DNA of 33,988 nucleotides from NCBI RefSeq assembly GCF_001194135.2, contig NC_068985.1, positions 61,603,836 through 61,637,823 of the forward strand, in the 5' to 3' direction. Below are positions 21,045 through 33,126 of this stretch, one piece after another (positions within the stretch are counted from its first letter, which is position 1; the number at the start of each line of letters is the position of its first letter). The stretch comes from Octopus bimaculoides (taxonomy: Eukaryota). The notes below the pieces were generated by a model. The model was not told the DNA's origin. It did not search any database and saw nothing but the letters and a program-made list of their open reading frames with translations. The position numbers and the translations under genes were made by a program.

Positions 21045-21081
21045 ATGTGTGTATGCGAGCGCTAGTGTGTGTGTGTGTGCA

Positions 21082-21140
<59 letters not shown>

Positions 21141-21319
21141 ATACACACATAGAAAGAGAGAAGGTAAGTGTGAAGCAGACGTATACAAATATATACGTAC
21201 ACACACAGATATGTACACATATACATATATGCATATATATACATATGTAAAGGTATATAATATACATACTTATATATACATATGTGTATATGCAAATATA
21301 TATGTATATGTATATATAT
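21045..21319. repeat. (GT)n / (TA)n / (CA)n compound microsatellite
   Basis: Seen directly. Confidence 0.95.
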
Positions 21320-22017
21320 NNNNNNNNNNNNNNNNNNNNNNNNNNNNNNNNNNNNNNNNNNNNNNNNNNNNNNNNNNNNNNNNNNNNNNNNNNNNNNNNN
21401 NNNNNNNNNNNNNNNNNNNNNNNNNNNNNNNNNNNNNNNNNNNNNNNNNNNNNNNNNNNNNNNNNNNNNNNNNNNNNNNNNNNNNNNNNNNNNNNNNNNN
21501 NNNNNNNNNNNNNNNNNNNNNNNNNNNNNNNNNNNNNNNNNNNNNNNNNNNNNNNNNNNNNNNNNNNNNNNNNNNNNNNNNNNNNNNNNNNNNNNNNNNN
21601 NNNNNNNNNNNNNNNNNNNNNNNNNNNNNNNNNNNNNNNNNNNNNNNNNNNNNNNNNNNNNNNNNNNNNNNNNNNNNNNNNNNNNNNNNNNNNNNNNNNN
21701 NNNNNNNNNNNNNNNNNNNNNNNNNNNNNNNNNNNNNNNNNNNNNNNNNNNNNNNNNNNNNNNNNNNNNNNNNNNNNNNNNNNNNNNNNNNNNNNNNNNN
21801 NNNNNNNNNNNNNNNNNNNNNNNNNNNNNNNNNNNNNNNNNNNNNNNNNNNNNNNNNNNNNNNNNNNNNNNNNNNNNNNNNNNNNNNNNNNNNNNNNNNN
21901 NNNNNNNNNNNNNNNNNNNNNNNNNNNNNNNNNNNNAGGAGGAGGAGGAAGAGGAGGAGGAGAATGCGGAGAAGAAGAAGAATAATGCGGAGAAGAAAAA
22001 TGCGGTCTTTCTGTTGT

Positions 22018-22452
22018 TATTATGAGCGGGAATATTACTTGTCTTTCTATATCCGCGGCCAGCTCCCGGTATCCTTTCCATCTTTCGTCTGCCTCTTATA
22101 CTTTTCTAGACCTAGTCTTATGTCCTTTTCCTTCCTTCTGGAAGTATATCCATTCGCGCTTTTCCACTTTCGGGTACTCTCTCCTATTGTACTCCTCGAT
22201 CTTCTAGTTGTGACGCCATGCACATCTGTCCAGAGCCAGCAGGCTGTTTGACAGGACGTGTCTCATCGTTGCTTTCTCTCCGTATTTACATTCACCAGCC
22301 GTTTGTATGTTGCACCGGATTAAGATGGCCGGTGACTGCAAAACGTCGAAGGTGGACTTGATCAGGAAGGATGTTATTGCTTGGTCCTAAATCCAAAGTT
22401 CTTTCTATGTGATTTTGCAACTGATCACATATTCCTCCCATTTCCTGTCTTG
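22018..22452 (-). mobile_element. NeSL/Hero-type non-LTR retrotransposon fragment (post-RT, zinc-knuckle region)
   Basis: KWEE....KIT*KELW...SFLIKSTFDVLQSPA.LIR...C..G..AT.RHVLSN.LLAL.R..WRHN*...IYFQKEG...ELAADIE.QVIFP, with several stops. Confidence 0.82.
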
Positions 22453-22732
22453 GTTTGTGTTTGCTACCTTGGAATTCTCTGTTTAGTGGGTTGATCCACT
22501 ACTCAGGAAGAAACTATTCTAAGAGTGCGTCCTGCCTTATCTTCGAAACGCCTAGTTTAGAATAGAGGCAGCTGATGAAGAATTAATCCAAGTGGCTATT
22601 TGTTTTTCTATGTGTTCGTTCCGTTGTCTGTAGTTCATTTTTCTAACGTCCTGTACCTGAATATGCATCTATATACACACGTAGATGTAAATATGTACAT
22701 ATATGTGTGTATACATGCTTATATATCCGTTG

Positions 22733-22773
<41 letters not shown>

Positions 22774-22895
22774 ATAATGTATATGGATGGGTACATACAC
22801 CCATATACATGCACAAAAAGAAAGATAGGCTGGAACTAGGGATCTGTATTAGGCTTCCGTGTTATCAGGTATACGTATTATATTAGGAGGAAAAG

Positions 22896-23327
22896 GGCAA
22901 CAAAAACCAAGGCAGGATGAGTATCTCAAGTCATATAGAATAATTTAATTAGGTAAAATTTGAAGTCTTACAGCTGTTTCTGGGATATCCCAAGTGATAA
23001 GCTAACATGTTCGTACACTGAGTATTCCGTCATCAGAGACAAGGTGAGTATGTATGAAAGTTCTAGACAGGGAAATTCACAGTTTATAAGGAATAAATTA
23101 GAAGAATAAAGAATAAAATAGAAGAAGACAGACAGGAGAATAAAGTGCACAGCTCATCATTTTCGAGAAGGTATGGAGGTTGGTCCGTATTTGACGGAAT
23201 ACCCAGCGTACGGACATGCTCGCCTATCACTTGGGTTATCCCACAAACAGCTCTAAGACTTCAATTTACCCTAATTAAATTATTCTATATGATTTGAGAT
23301 ATTCGTCCTACCTTGATGTTTGTTGTC
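22896..23327. repeat. Long inverted repeat / MITE-like structure (~135-bp arms)
   Basis: 22896-23032 is the reverse complement of 23192-23327 at roughly 80-85% by eye, with a ~160-bp spacer. Confidence 0.85.
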
Positions 23328-23381
23328 CATGTTAACCATGTCTAACTTGGAGAAGAAATTTAATGATGTTTCATATCACAG

Positions 23382-23880
23382 TCATTCTTTGGGCACCATA
23401 GCCCATTCAAGTAAAGAATTATTGTTTGCAGAGATATATCCGTGTGTAGAAGGTTTATCAGGAATTTGTTGGAGATGTTCGTTCAGGACTCTTCAATGTT
23501 AAGAGATCTCTTATGTGAATTGGCATGATGTTAAAGGGAGCAGGGCCAGTTGAATTGAAAAAAATTCTTAGTGTGATGCGAACATGATTTTTGTGGAGGT
23601 TGAACGGCACGGAGACCAAGTCTGAATTTTAAAGTTGATGCCAGCATCATTTGGGCAGTGCCGTTGGAATACTTTCCACACCATACAAATGAAATAGCGC
23701 TCGAGGCAACATTAGAGGGAATAATGTTTGAATTTCTTGGGAGGTCCCAATAATCAAGACCTGTTATGTCTTCTATTGTCCTTCTGAGCGATCTGTGGGG
23801 TGCTTCAATTCTTATAACATTTTGTTTCGTGTACGGAGACCTCAACGGACAACAGTATTCAAGGTGAGGACGGGCGATGG
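23382..23880 (-). mobile_element. CR1/L2-group LINE, decayed 3' end of ORF2
   Basis: ARPHLEYCCPL.SPY.KQNVIRIEAPHRS...IEDITGLDYWD, MWKVFQRHCPND.GI.FK, GP.LFNIMP.HIRDL, QQIPDKPS..GYIS.NNNSLLEWA, TGA at 23382-23384. Confidence 0.82.
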
Positions 23881-24764
23881 TGGAGAAGAGAATAATGGTA
23901 GGGGTGTCTCTAGACCTATAAATCCTGAGAATCCAGCAGTATGCACTTTGAGCTATGTTGACTTTGTTGTTTGTGTGAGCACTCCAGCTTAAGTTGTTGT
24001 CGACACTTACTCCGAGGTCTCAAGTAGATGTTTTCGCCCGGGGAAAGTGTGTATGGCAACTTAAATGCAGCCTCTTTACCGAAGCGGATTAACTCAAATA
24101 AACTATGTATGTATGTATGTATGTATGTATGTATGTATGTGTGTGTGTGTGTGTGCATTAAAAGTAAAAACAATATACATGGCATGTGTGTGTGCATGTA
24201 TGTGTGTATATATATATGCGCTTATATACACATATACATACATACATACATACATACATACATACACTTATACCTTTCCCGTGTTTACAGATTACTATAT
24301 CTCCACCTGCTAGTTTCCGTCAAAACTATCAACAATAGAAGCTGCAGCTTCATCGACAACTGTAGAAATTCAAGTTTTCCAGCTAATGCTATGACTTTCA
24401 TGTATTTTCATGAACAAGGAAAGTACGGAAGCGATGGTATTTCATTGTCGCAGATGCATGTTATGCGTTGACCAATGCAACGAAAGATCCCCTTTTATTT
24501 GTGGTTTCCAGAAATTCATGACTTGACTTGCGTAAGGTTTTATTATAGTAAAGAAGGACTGAGTCAAATGAGCACCTTCTATCCCTCCTAACATTTTAGA
24601 TCAGTGGTATGCCGGGTTGAGAATACTGGAAATATACCAGGAGTACAATAAGATGATCAAGAAGATCAACGTGTTGTAGTGAGCTCTGAGTTACGTGTCT
24701 TGCAGCAACATTATTAAATATCGCCCTTATGTAGTTTCCTCTGAACAGTTCGTATATGTATGTA

Positions 24765-24803
<39 letters not shown>

Positions 24804-25409
24804 ATGTATGTATGTATGTATGCATGCATGTATGTATGCATGTATGTATGTATGTACGTATGTATGTATATATATATATATATATATATGTATGCATGNN
24901 NNNNNNNNNNNNNNNNNNNNNNNNNNNNNNNNNNNNNNNNNNNNNNNNNNNNNNNNNNNNNNNNNNNNNNNNNNNNNNNNNNNNNNNNNNNNNNNNNNNN
25001 NNNNNNNNNNNNNNNNNNNNNNNNNNNNNNNNNNNNNNNNNNNNNNNNNNNNNNNNNNNNNNNNNNNNNNNNNNNNNNNNNNNNNNNNNNNNNNNNNNNN
25101 NNNNNNNNNNNNNNNNNNNNNNNNNNNNNNNNNNNNNNNNNNNNNNNNNNNNNNNNNNNNNNNNNNNNNNNNNNNNNNNNNNNNNNNNNNNNNNNNNNNN
25201 NNNNNNNNNNNNNNNNNNNNNNNNNNNNNNNNNNNNNNNNNNNNNNNNNNNNNNNNNNNNNNNNNNNNNNNNNNNNNNNNNNNNNNNNNNNNNNNNNNNN
25301 NNNNNNNNNNNNNNNNNNNNNNNNNNNNNNNNNNNNNNNNNNNNNNNNNNNNNNNNNNNNNNNNNNNNNNNNNNNNNNNNNNNNNNNNNNNNNNNNNNNN
25401 NNNNNNNNN

Positions 25410-25473
<64 letters not shown>

Positions 25474-26421
25474 GTGAAAACAGATGTATGTATGTATGTA
25501 GACATACTAGTAGGTTGTTCGGCGTTGCCTGGGAAAGAAATGACAGTCGCACTTTTCTCGAAGAAAAGTCAGAGTAATTCTAATTTTGCCAAAATGTAGT
25601 ATTTGAAATTCAACGTTTATATTTTTTGGAAGGATATATATTGATGTAAATTGTCTTCTTTCTTCAAAAATATATTTAAATAATTCTTAGAGAAGATCTT
25701 CCATCTTGAATATTGACATAAAAATTATTCTGACAAACGTGAATATCCAAGATGTAGCTGTTCATGATAAGAGTGTGACTCTTCTTATTCAGCTACCTTC
25801 AACTTCCTCACTCTGGATATTTCTAAGATTAGGCAGTTGAACATTTGGAGTGTCTTGAGCTGAAATGGGTTAACTGACTGAATAAGAATTCTGAAAATGA
25901 ATGTAACCTCTTCTTTTTCACATCCGGAAAGAATCGTACTTTCAGTGACACACAGTATGCGATTCTTAACAACCAGTCCTGTCACATTGCACAGATCACG
26001 ATGGAGTATGATAGTTTTTTTTTTTATTTAGACAATGCTGTAGGCCTCCTAGAGATTCCAGTGAATTTCGAAACTGCTGGGTTGTTGACTTTTGAATTTA
26101 GATCAAGAAGTTTATCATGGACTTGTGGTCTTAGATTCTTGTTGCAAAACCGTGTCAATGACTTTGTAGTTTGGAAGTAATATTGCTCTTCTATACACCA
26201 ACTTGTGATTCTGTTTGTTTCTTGTAGGAAGACTATTTCCCTCAGTTAAATAGAGAACACTGTTAAACTGACTGTTCCCGTGTCAATTCTTTGTTGTCTC
26301 TCTGATTTACTTTTCTTTTGTCTCGTTACATTTAGTTATTTGCGAATTGCTCAGAAATTTATCCTCATCTAGACTGGCTATCAAGTTGGTGATTAATTCT
26401 TTTTAACTCTTTTACTTTTCA

Positions 26422-26422
<1 letters not shown>

Positions 26423-26475
<53 letters not shown>

Positions 26476-26511
26476 CCTATCTACCTATCTATCTATCTAT
26501 CTATCTATCTG

Positions 26512-26546
<35 letters not shown>
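26423..26546. repeat. (TCTA)n tetranucleotide microsatellite
   Basis: Seen directly. Confidence 0.97.
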
Positions 26547-27172
26547 GCATGTGTGTGTGTGTTTGTGTGTGTCTGTGTATGTATGTGTGTGCGCGCGCAT
26601 ACCAAGCTAAATCGATTTAAATAAGTTAAACTTAAAGACCGATAAAATAAGTAGCACACTGGGACGGGTAGGTTTGACTAAAACATTTAAATACTGTGGT
26701 CAGTAAATGACAACTTCAAAACGAAGTCTAAACTAATGATATCTCCAGATGCATTTTCATATTAGGGTATTTGAAAGACTTTAAAAATTTACTGAACATT
26801 TAACAGAAACCAAATGTAGGTAAAACAGAATATCAAAAGTAAAATATTTCAAAAACATTTCTCTTGTTTGATTTTGTGAATGTTAGATATTTGGCTTTAT
26901 TCTAGAAATATGCTGACATATTATCAATCATTTAATACACACACACACGCACACGCCCNNNNNNNNNNNNNNNNNNNNNNNNNNNNNNNNNNNNNNNNNN
27001 NNNNNNNNNNNNNNNNNNNNNNNNNNNNNNNNNNNNNNNNNNNNNNNNNNNNNNNNNNNNNNNNNNNNNNNNNNNNNNNNNNNNNNNNNNNNNNNNNNNN
27101 NNNNNNNNNNNNNNNNNNNNNNNNNNNNNNNNNNNNNNNNNNNNNNNNNNNNNNNNNNNNNNNNNNNNNNNN

Positions 27173-27206
<34 letters not shown>

Positions 27207-27942
27207 ACACGCACGCACTACAATGCAAACATTCGTACATTTCTCTATGATCATATCTCATTTCTTTAAGTATGATCTACTTTGATGCATCTGTCTCTAT
27301 CAAACTCTGTCTTTTTACTCATAACAAAGTCTGGCTGGCGTCACAACTTCATGCTTTGCAACCGGATGTTAGATTTTGTTTTTTACTAAATTGCTCCCCG
27401 TATTTTCCCGGAACGGTTTCCAGGAGTCAAGCTTCTTTCTGTCTAGAATTCTTTCTTCGAACTCAAGCCGTGATTCAGTTTCTCTGCCCCAATTCCTTTT
27501 TTTAAGTATTGGCCATAAAATTGTGACCCTTGAGAAAATTAAGTATTTTCACTTTTGATTTGTCCCGCCACCATGATGTCGCATCCTCTTACAAAAGCAA
27601 ACAAAATATCTGCGTAAATATTTGGATTAACAAAAACTAACTTATGGTTTCTGAAGATTTAACATCAACTTTATATTATCTTCTGTATTTGTTAGTTTTA
27701 TTGTTTCCATTTTCGTATAATTGTTTCATACTGATAGCGGGGTGTGTAACACTAAACAGATCATACTGTTCTTTACAGACAAAATGTCTGCTTTTTGCCA
27801 CATATGTAATTTATCATCTCATTTCTGTTGTTGGAGAACAGCAGACAACAGTACAGAATAAGTATACATCGTTGTCAGTGGTGAAGTTTTCAATTAATTC
27901 AAGTTTTATCAAATTACTTCATTTATAGAGTATTTAATCAAA

Positions 27943-28080
27943 GCCACACATTTTGCAGCAGGGGATTGTCGATTAAATCGACTTCGGTATTTGATTGGTA
28001 CTTATTCTATAGGTCTAGAAAAACTGAATGGTCGAGTGAACATCGACCGGATTAGAACTTACGAAATGGACGCAACTAAA
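27943..28080 (-). mobile_element. SINE family 1, old degenerate copy d
   Basis: Reverse complement contains TAGAATAAGTACCAATCAAATACCGAAGTCGATTTAATCGAC, matching the family body. The head is decayed. Confidence 0.65.
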
Positions 28081-29846
28081 TACAATTCTTCACACCCTTT
28101 TTGCTATTTCAGTTCTCACTTCCATTTTCTACTGAGCAGATGAGGGAACATTTTTATTGATAGGAAATTAAGTTGATTCTTCTTTTAAATACGCCACTAT
28201 AGAGGCGTAGAAACATCGAAGCATATACTTGCACATGTTCATGCAGCAGTAATATATATANNNNNNNNNNNNNNNNNNNNNNNNNNNNNNNNATATATAT
28301 ATATATATAAATATGTATATATATTTATAACGAATGTGTATATATGTTCAGTTTTAGTTTAGTTTTTGAATTTCTCACCAATGGAGAAGGAGCCGGTTTT
28401 CTAGCCTAGTAACAAGATTCTTACATGGAAATTTAGACATCAAACATGTATGTATGCATGTATGCATGTATGCATATGTATGCATGCGTGTATATATGCA
28501 TGTGTATATGTGTATGTGTGTATACATGTATATATGCATACGTACATGTATGTATACATGCATGCATGCGCACATTTATGCGTGTACACATATTTGCATA
28601 TGCACATATGTGCATGTAGACGTAGGCATGGATGACATTAAATATCTAGATCCTATTACATGCTGAACTTCATGAATGTTTTGCATATTTTGGCAGCTTT
28701 TAGTTGAAATCTTTTGCTTCGGAGTATTATTTTTGGCTTTGTGAAGCCCAACTCCTTAAGATTGGTATTGATGCAGATAGTCACGTATCCAAGGTCTCCA
28801 ATAATTATTGGTTAAAATCTTAAGTTATAATCCAGGTGAAACACCTAATGAATTTTCATGTTTTTGTAGATGTTGTCTCTTACTAATCTTTAACATTATA
28901 CAGACATCTGCTGAGCAGCTGATTTCAGCTATTGTATGTATGTATTTGTGTATGTGTGTGTGTGTGTGTGGGGGGGGGGTATATGTATGTGCGTGTATAT
29001 GGGTATATATTTGTATGTGTGTGACCAGGTAAGGCATATATCTGCTATTGGTACTATGTAAACCACTGCTACATGTATTAATGGTCGGTCTGTCGGTGAC
29101 TAAATCGGCAAACCCACACAGAATTCTTTTCCTAAGGTTAAGAGGGCGCATGTGAAAGATCAAAATCAAAACCTGTCAAAGGAAAGTGTCACTCGTGAAC
29201 AAACAGCCATTCAATGCAACTGTTTCCACCTCTTTGCTATTTCACTCAAGTGTGGAATTGTTATATCTGTCACATTTGAGGACAGACTGTTCAATTACGC
29301 TACACTCTTCCTAGTTATGAGACTGTAATGGAGGTAGGCTAACCATTGTTCTCTCAATTTGACCAGAGGGATCTCATCTTTCAGTTTTATCAATACTTAT
29401 GTACATACTGTTACCCAGACAATGAATTTCGGAAAGTGGAATTAGTTCAGTGCTCTTAGTTCAGGTGTTTACCTTCATCATCACGGGGACTCCATGGTTA
29501 TCCCTCTGAAAATCCAATATGGCCCATTTCCTTCAGCCCATTTAAATGTACAGCTACTGTTGGAAATATGTCTTCAAGATAGACGCAGGTCAGAATGCAA
29601 ACTTCTTCGAACCCGCAAAATGACAGAGGATCTTTTGTGACAGCGGTCAGGGATAACACGTGCGATTGCAACAATAAAATATTGACACTTTCATTATTTT
29701 ATCGTAAGGAATGTGAAAGTAGATGCGAATCTTCAGTTCCCTGTATGGCTGCATTGTTTGTTGTTGGGGTGATTAAGTGGTGGAAAACGAAGAACGACCA
29801 ACAATAAACCAAGATATGGTCATGCTCGAATACGAGTTCACAATCT

Positions 29847-29995
29847 GTATGTATGTATGTATGTATGTATGTATGTATGTATGTATGTATGTATGTATGT
29901 ATGTGTGTGTGTGTATGTATGTATGTATGTATGTATGTATGGATGGATGTATGTATGTATATTTGTATGTATGCATGTATGTATTGTATGTATGT
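29847..29995. repeat. (ATGT)n microsatellite
   Basis: Seen directly. Confidence 0.95.
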
Positions 29996-30357
29996 ACAGC
30001 ATTAAACTGCATTCAGTGCCGAGGGTCCAATTCGGGAGTGCTGGAGATGTGGGGAGCGTAGAGTCACCTCTTACCATTACTTCCAGTCCCGTTGCGATCC
30101 AGAACAGTGGTACTTGTCAAGGTATCATTTGTTGGTTAAATAGATTTCTCAAGGGTAGAGGAGGCTCCTGCTATTTTTCATAAAACCGTGGAGGAAGGCA
30201 GCTCTTCTTAGGGAAAGATACTTTGACAAAAAAGTTGCAGTCAAAATAGTACCACTCATCTTGCAATGCTCGTCACTGGAACCTAATATGGTGACCGAGA
30301 GAGTGGCAAAATGTTGTACAACCTTTTGTTATTTACACCCAATGACGTACAGATGCA

Positions 30358-31637
30358 TCAGGTCATCCCATAAGTTCTGTCCGAATTTTGAATAAAGAAA
30401 AAAAGTGATCAAATGTTATATTCAATTGAAATTTAATCAGCAATGTACTTTCCCTCATTATCTATGACTTCCTTCCATCTATTTACAAGCTTTTTAATCC
30501 CATCAGTGTAAAACTCTTTGGTTTCAAAGTGAAGAATTCTGAAATGTCAGTTTCGACCTCCTCCTGGCTCGTGAAAGTTATGTCCCCCAAATGATCCTGT
30601 AAACTATAAAACAAATGGTAGTCTGAAGGAGCAAGGTTGGGAGAATAAGGTGGATGAGGAATTTCTTCCCAGCCAAGCTCTTCGATCTTCTGTGATATGA
30701 TCTTTGCAGTGTGGGGTCGTACATTGTCCTGATGAAACATCATACCTTTTCGATTCACTAAAGCGGGTCTTTTTTTCTTCAAAGCTTGGTTCAAACGCTC
30801 TAATTGCTGACAGTAGACTTGAGCATTGATTGTTGCATTAGGTGGTAATAATTCAAAGTGAATTACTCCTTTGCAATCCCACCAGATACAGAGAAGAACT
30901 TTTTTTCCACGAAGTTCCCTTCTGGGTTGTGCTTCAGCTTTTTCCCTTTTATCAAACCACTGTTTACGACGTTTAACACTTCGATAGAAGATCCATTTTT
31001 CGTTACCTGTCACAAGTCTATCCAAAAAGGGTGAAATGCGTTCACGAGAATTGAGAGAAGAGCAGATGTCAACCCGGGATTTGCGGTTGCTTTCGGACAA
31101 TTCATGAGGCACCCATTTTCCAAGTTTAGGAACCTTTCCAAGTTATTCAAGATGACGATGAACAGTTGTATGGTTTGAACTAAGCTTTATTGCCAATTCT
31201 TCACCTGAAAATGCAGGATTTTCTTCAAGTAATGCTTCAAGGAGCTTATCATCATACTCAACTGGACGCCCTGTTCGATTTTCAAGGCTGAAATCTCCAC
31301 TTCTGAATTTTGCAAACCATCTTCTGCAAGTTTTTTCATTCAAGCATTCTTTTCCATAAACTGAGTGTATGTTTCGAGTCGCTTCGGCTGCAAAGTTTCC
31401 TTTTTTGTACTCATAAAGCATTATGTGCCTTAAAAGCTCTTTGGATACTTCCATGTTAGAAAGGGTATTTTAATCAAAGAAATTTTATTCTATTATTCCG
31501 TAAAATATTTAATTAGTTTTAAATGTACACAAATACATAAAAATAATTCTTAATTCCATTAGACATTCTAAAATACTATTAAATTTCATTCAATTTTAAA
31601 AAAGGTTAAATCGGACAGAACTTATAGGATGACCTGA
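30358..31637 (-). mobile_element. mariner (DD34D) transposon, copy B, full length (1280 bp), defective
   Basis: 27-bp TIRs TCAGGTCATCCCATAAGTTCTGTCCGA (30358-30384) and TCGGACAGAACTTATAGGATGACCTGA (31611-31637), one mismatch. Right flank is TA, left flank is CA. Confidence 0.97.
30433..31454 (-). pseudogene. mariner transposase pseudogene
   Basis: HTH region, WVPHEL, VTGNEKW (first catalytic D replaced by N), HQDN, YSPNLAPSDY. Premature stop at 31143-31145 and a frameshift near 30520; the native end GKYIAD* is at 30433. Confidence 0.95.
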
Positions 31638-31868
31638 TATCACTATAATATCACTTTCATTTCCTGATGCGTTACGTTTGAAGTCGTATCCGCGCACCTG
31701 CAAGGATGAAAGTAAATCAGAACCATCAGGCTGAATGTAAGACAGCTATCATCTCACAAGATGAGACAATCATCATATGCGTGTGTGTGTGAGTGTGTGT
31801 GTGTGAGTGTGTGTGCGTGGGTGTATATACGCGTGTATGCACGTATATATGCATGTATATAGGCTATA

Positions 31869-32171
31869 GGCGCAGGAGTGGCTGTGTGGTAAGTAGCTTG
31901 CTTACCAACCACATCGTTCCGGTTCAGTCCCACTGCGTGGCACCTTGGGCAAGTGTCTTCTGCTATAGCCTCGGGCTGACCAAAGCCTTATGAGTGGATT
32001 TGGTAGACGGAAACTGAAAGAAGCCCGTCGTATATATGTGTATATATATATATGTGTGTGTGTTTGTGTGTCTGTGTTTGTCCCCACCACCATCGCTTGA
32101 CAACCGATGCTGGTGTGTTTACGTCCCCGTAACATTAGCGGTTCGGCAAAAAGAGACCGATATAATAAGTA
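31869..32171 (+). mobile_element. tRNA-derived SINE family 2 (CORE-SINE-like), 3' end lost in gap
   Basis: A-box-like TGGCTGTGTGG, B-box-like GGTTCAGTCCC (31921-31931), then GGCACCTTGGGCAAGTGTCTT resembling the start of the CORE domain, and an internal (TA)/(GT) tract. Confidence 0.85.
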
Positions 32172-32357
32172 NNNNNNNNNNNNNNNNNNNNNNNNNNNNN
32201 NNNNNNNNNNNNNNNNNNNNNNNNNNNNNNNNNNNNNNNNNNNNNNNNNNNNNNNNNNNNNNNNNNNNNNNNNNNNNNNNNNNNNNNNNNNNNNNNNNNN
32301 NNNNNNNNNNNNNNNNNNNNNNNNNNNNNNNNNNNNNNNNNNNNNNNNNNNNNNNNN

Positions 32358-33095
32358 TTCTTTCCTGTTTTTAATTATTCAAATTCTTCCCTTGAAGATG
32401 GAGCTGCTTTCTAACAAAGATGCCAAGCTCTATCGTTGGGATGTAGATAACGAAGACAATGTCACATTTTAAACCTGAGAAAAGTCTTGCATAGTTTTAC
32501 TGTTCCGCTTACAGATTGCATTCGTAATGTTTGCAATATACGAATCAGTTGGTTGCTTTCCTTTTCTGAAAATCCTAGCTTATCTAGACTGACAGTTAAG
32601 CATTTACTTACAGAACCATGTTCAGCAATTATTATTGGTATAAATATAAATTTGTAATCCGGATGTAGAAGCTGTCCATAATTGTCTTCTTTCTCTTTGA
32701 TTTTCATAGAGATGTTTACATCGGCAGGACAGCTGACCTCTGTGACGGTACATGCTTTTTCTCGTCAGTCCCAAACAACAATATCTGGCTTCTTATGTTT
32801 ACACTTGGCACTTGACAGATGTTTAGATAGGAAAGTTCCACCAGTATTCCTTGTGCTGATATTTGTGCTGATATTCAATAAAAGGGGGATTCTCTATATT
32901 TATTCCAGGACAGTCTTTTTCCGGATGGCATAATGTTTTTGCGACAAAGGGTGGTAGTACCTTGTTGACATATTTGGGCAACTGCTATTCATATGTATGA
33001 TGACTTCCAGAATATTATGACACACTCTATATTTTCGGTTGCATCTTGGAACTCCAAGGGTTTCGTATGTATCTATGAATGCCCGCGTGCATGTG
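32358..33095 (-). mobile_element. 3' fragment of a REL-type (R4/NeSL-group) non-LTR retrotransposon
   Basis: CNRKYRVCHN...HM.SSCPNMSTRYY (decayed CCHC), EYWWNF, KPDIVVWD..K.C.VTEVSCPADVNISMKIKEKE.NY (PD..D/E..K endonuclease), IPIII...SGTVKLCKTFLRFKM* at 32462. Confidence 0.85.
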
Positions 33096-33126
33096 TGTAG
33101 ATTGCTAGCTAGAAAGATAGATAGAC

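Larger units (their letters stand above)
5668..32357. other. Eleven assembly gaps (N runs)
   Basis: N runs at 5668-5771, 6434-6749, 10308-10886, 11570-11579, 15752-16089, 17243-17674, 21320-21936, 24899-25409, 26959-27172, 28261-28292 and 32172-32357. Most abut microsatellites. Confidence 0.99.

Noticed and set aside
24300-24720. Complex-looking sequence that might be a decayed gene or hAT fragment
   Set aside because: All six frames have multiple stops and I could not find a diagnostic motif.
29020-29690. Donor-like CAG|GTAAGG at ~29028 and short open frames around 29490-29680
   Set aside because: No consistent exon with acceptor, frame and recognisable protein could be built.
5502-32472. 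Dozens of long ORFs containing X runs or HT/YI/CV/MYVC repeats
   Set aside because: They are artefacts of N-gaps and of di- or tetranucleotide microsatellites that lack stop codons.
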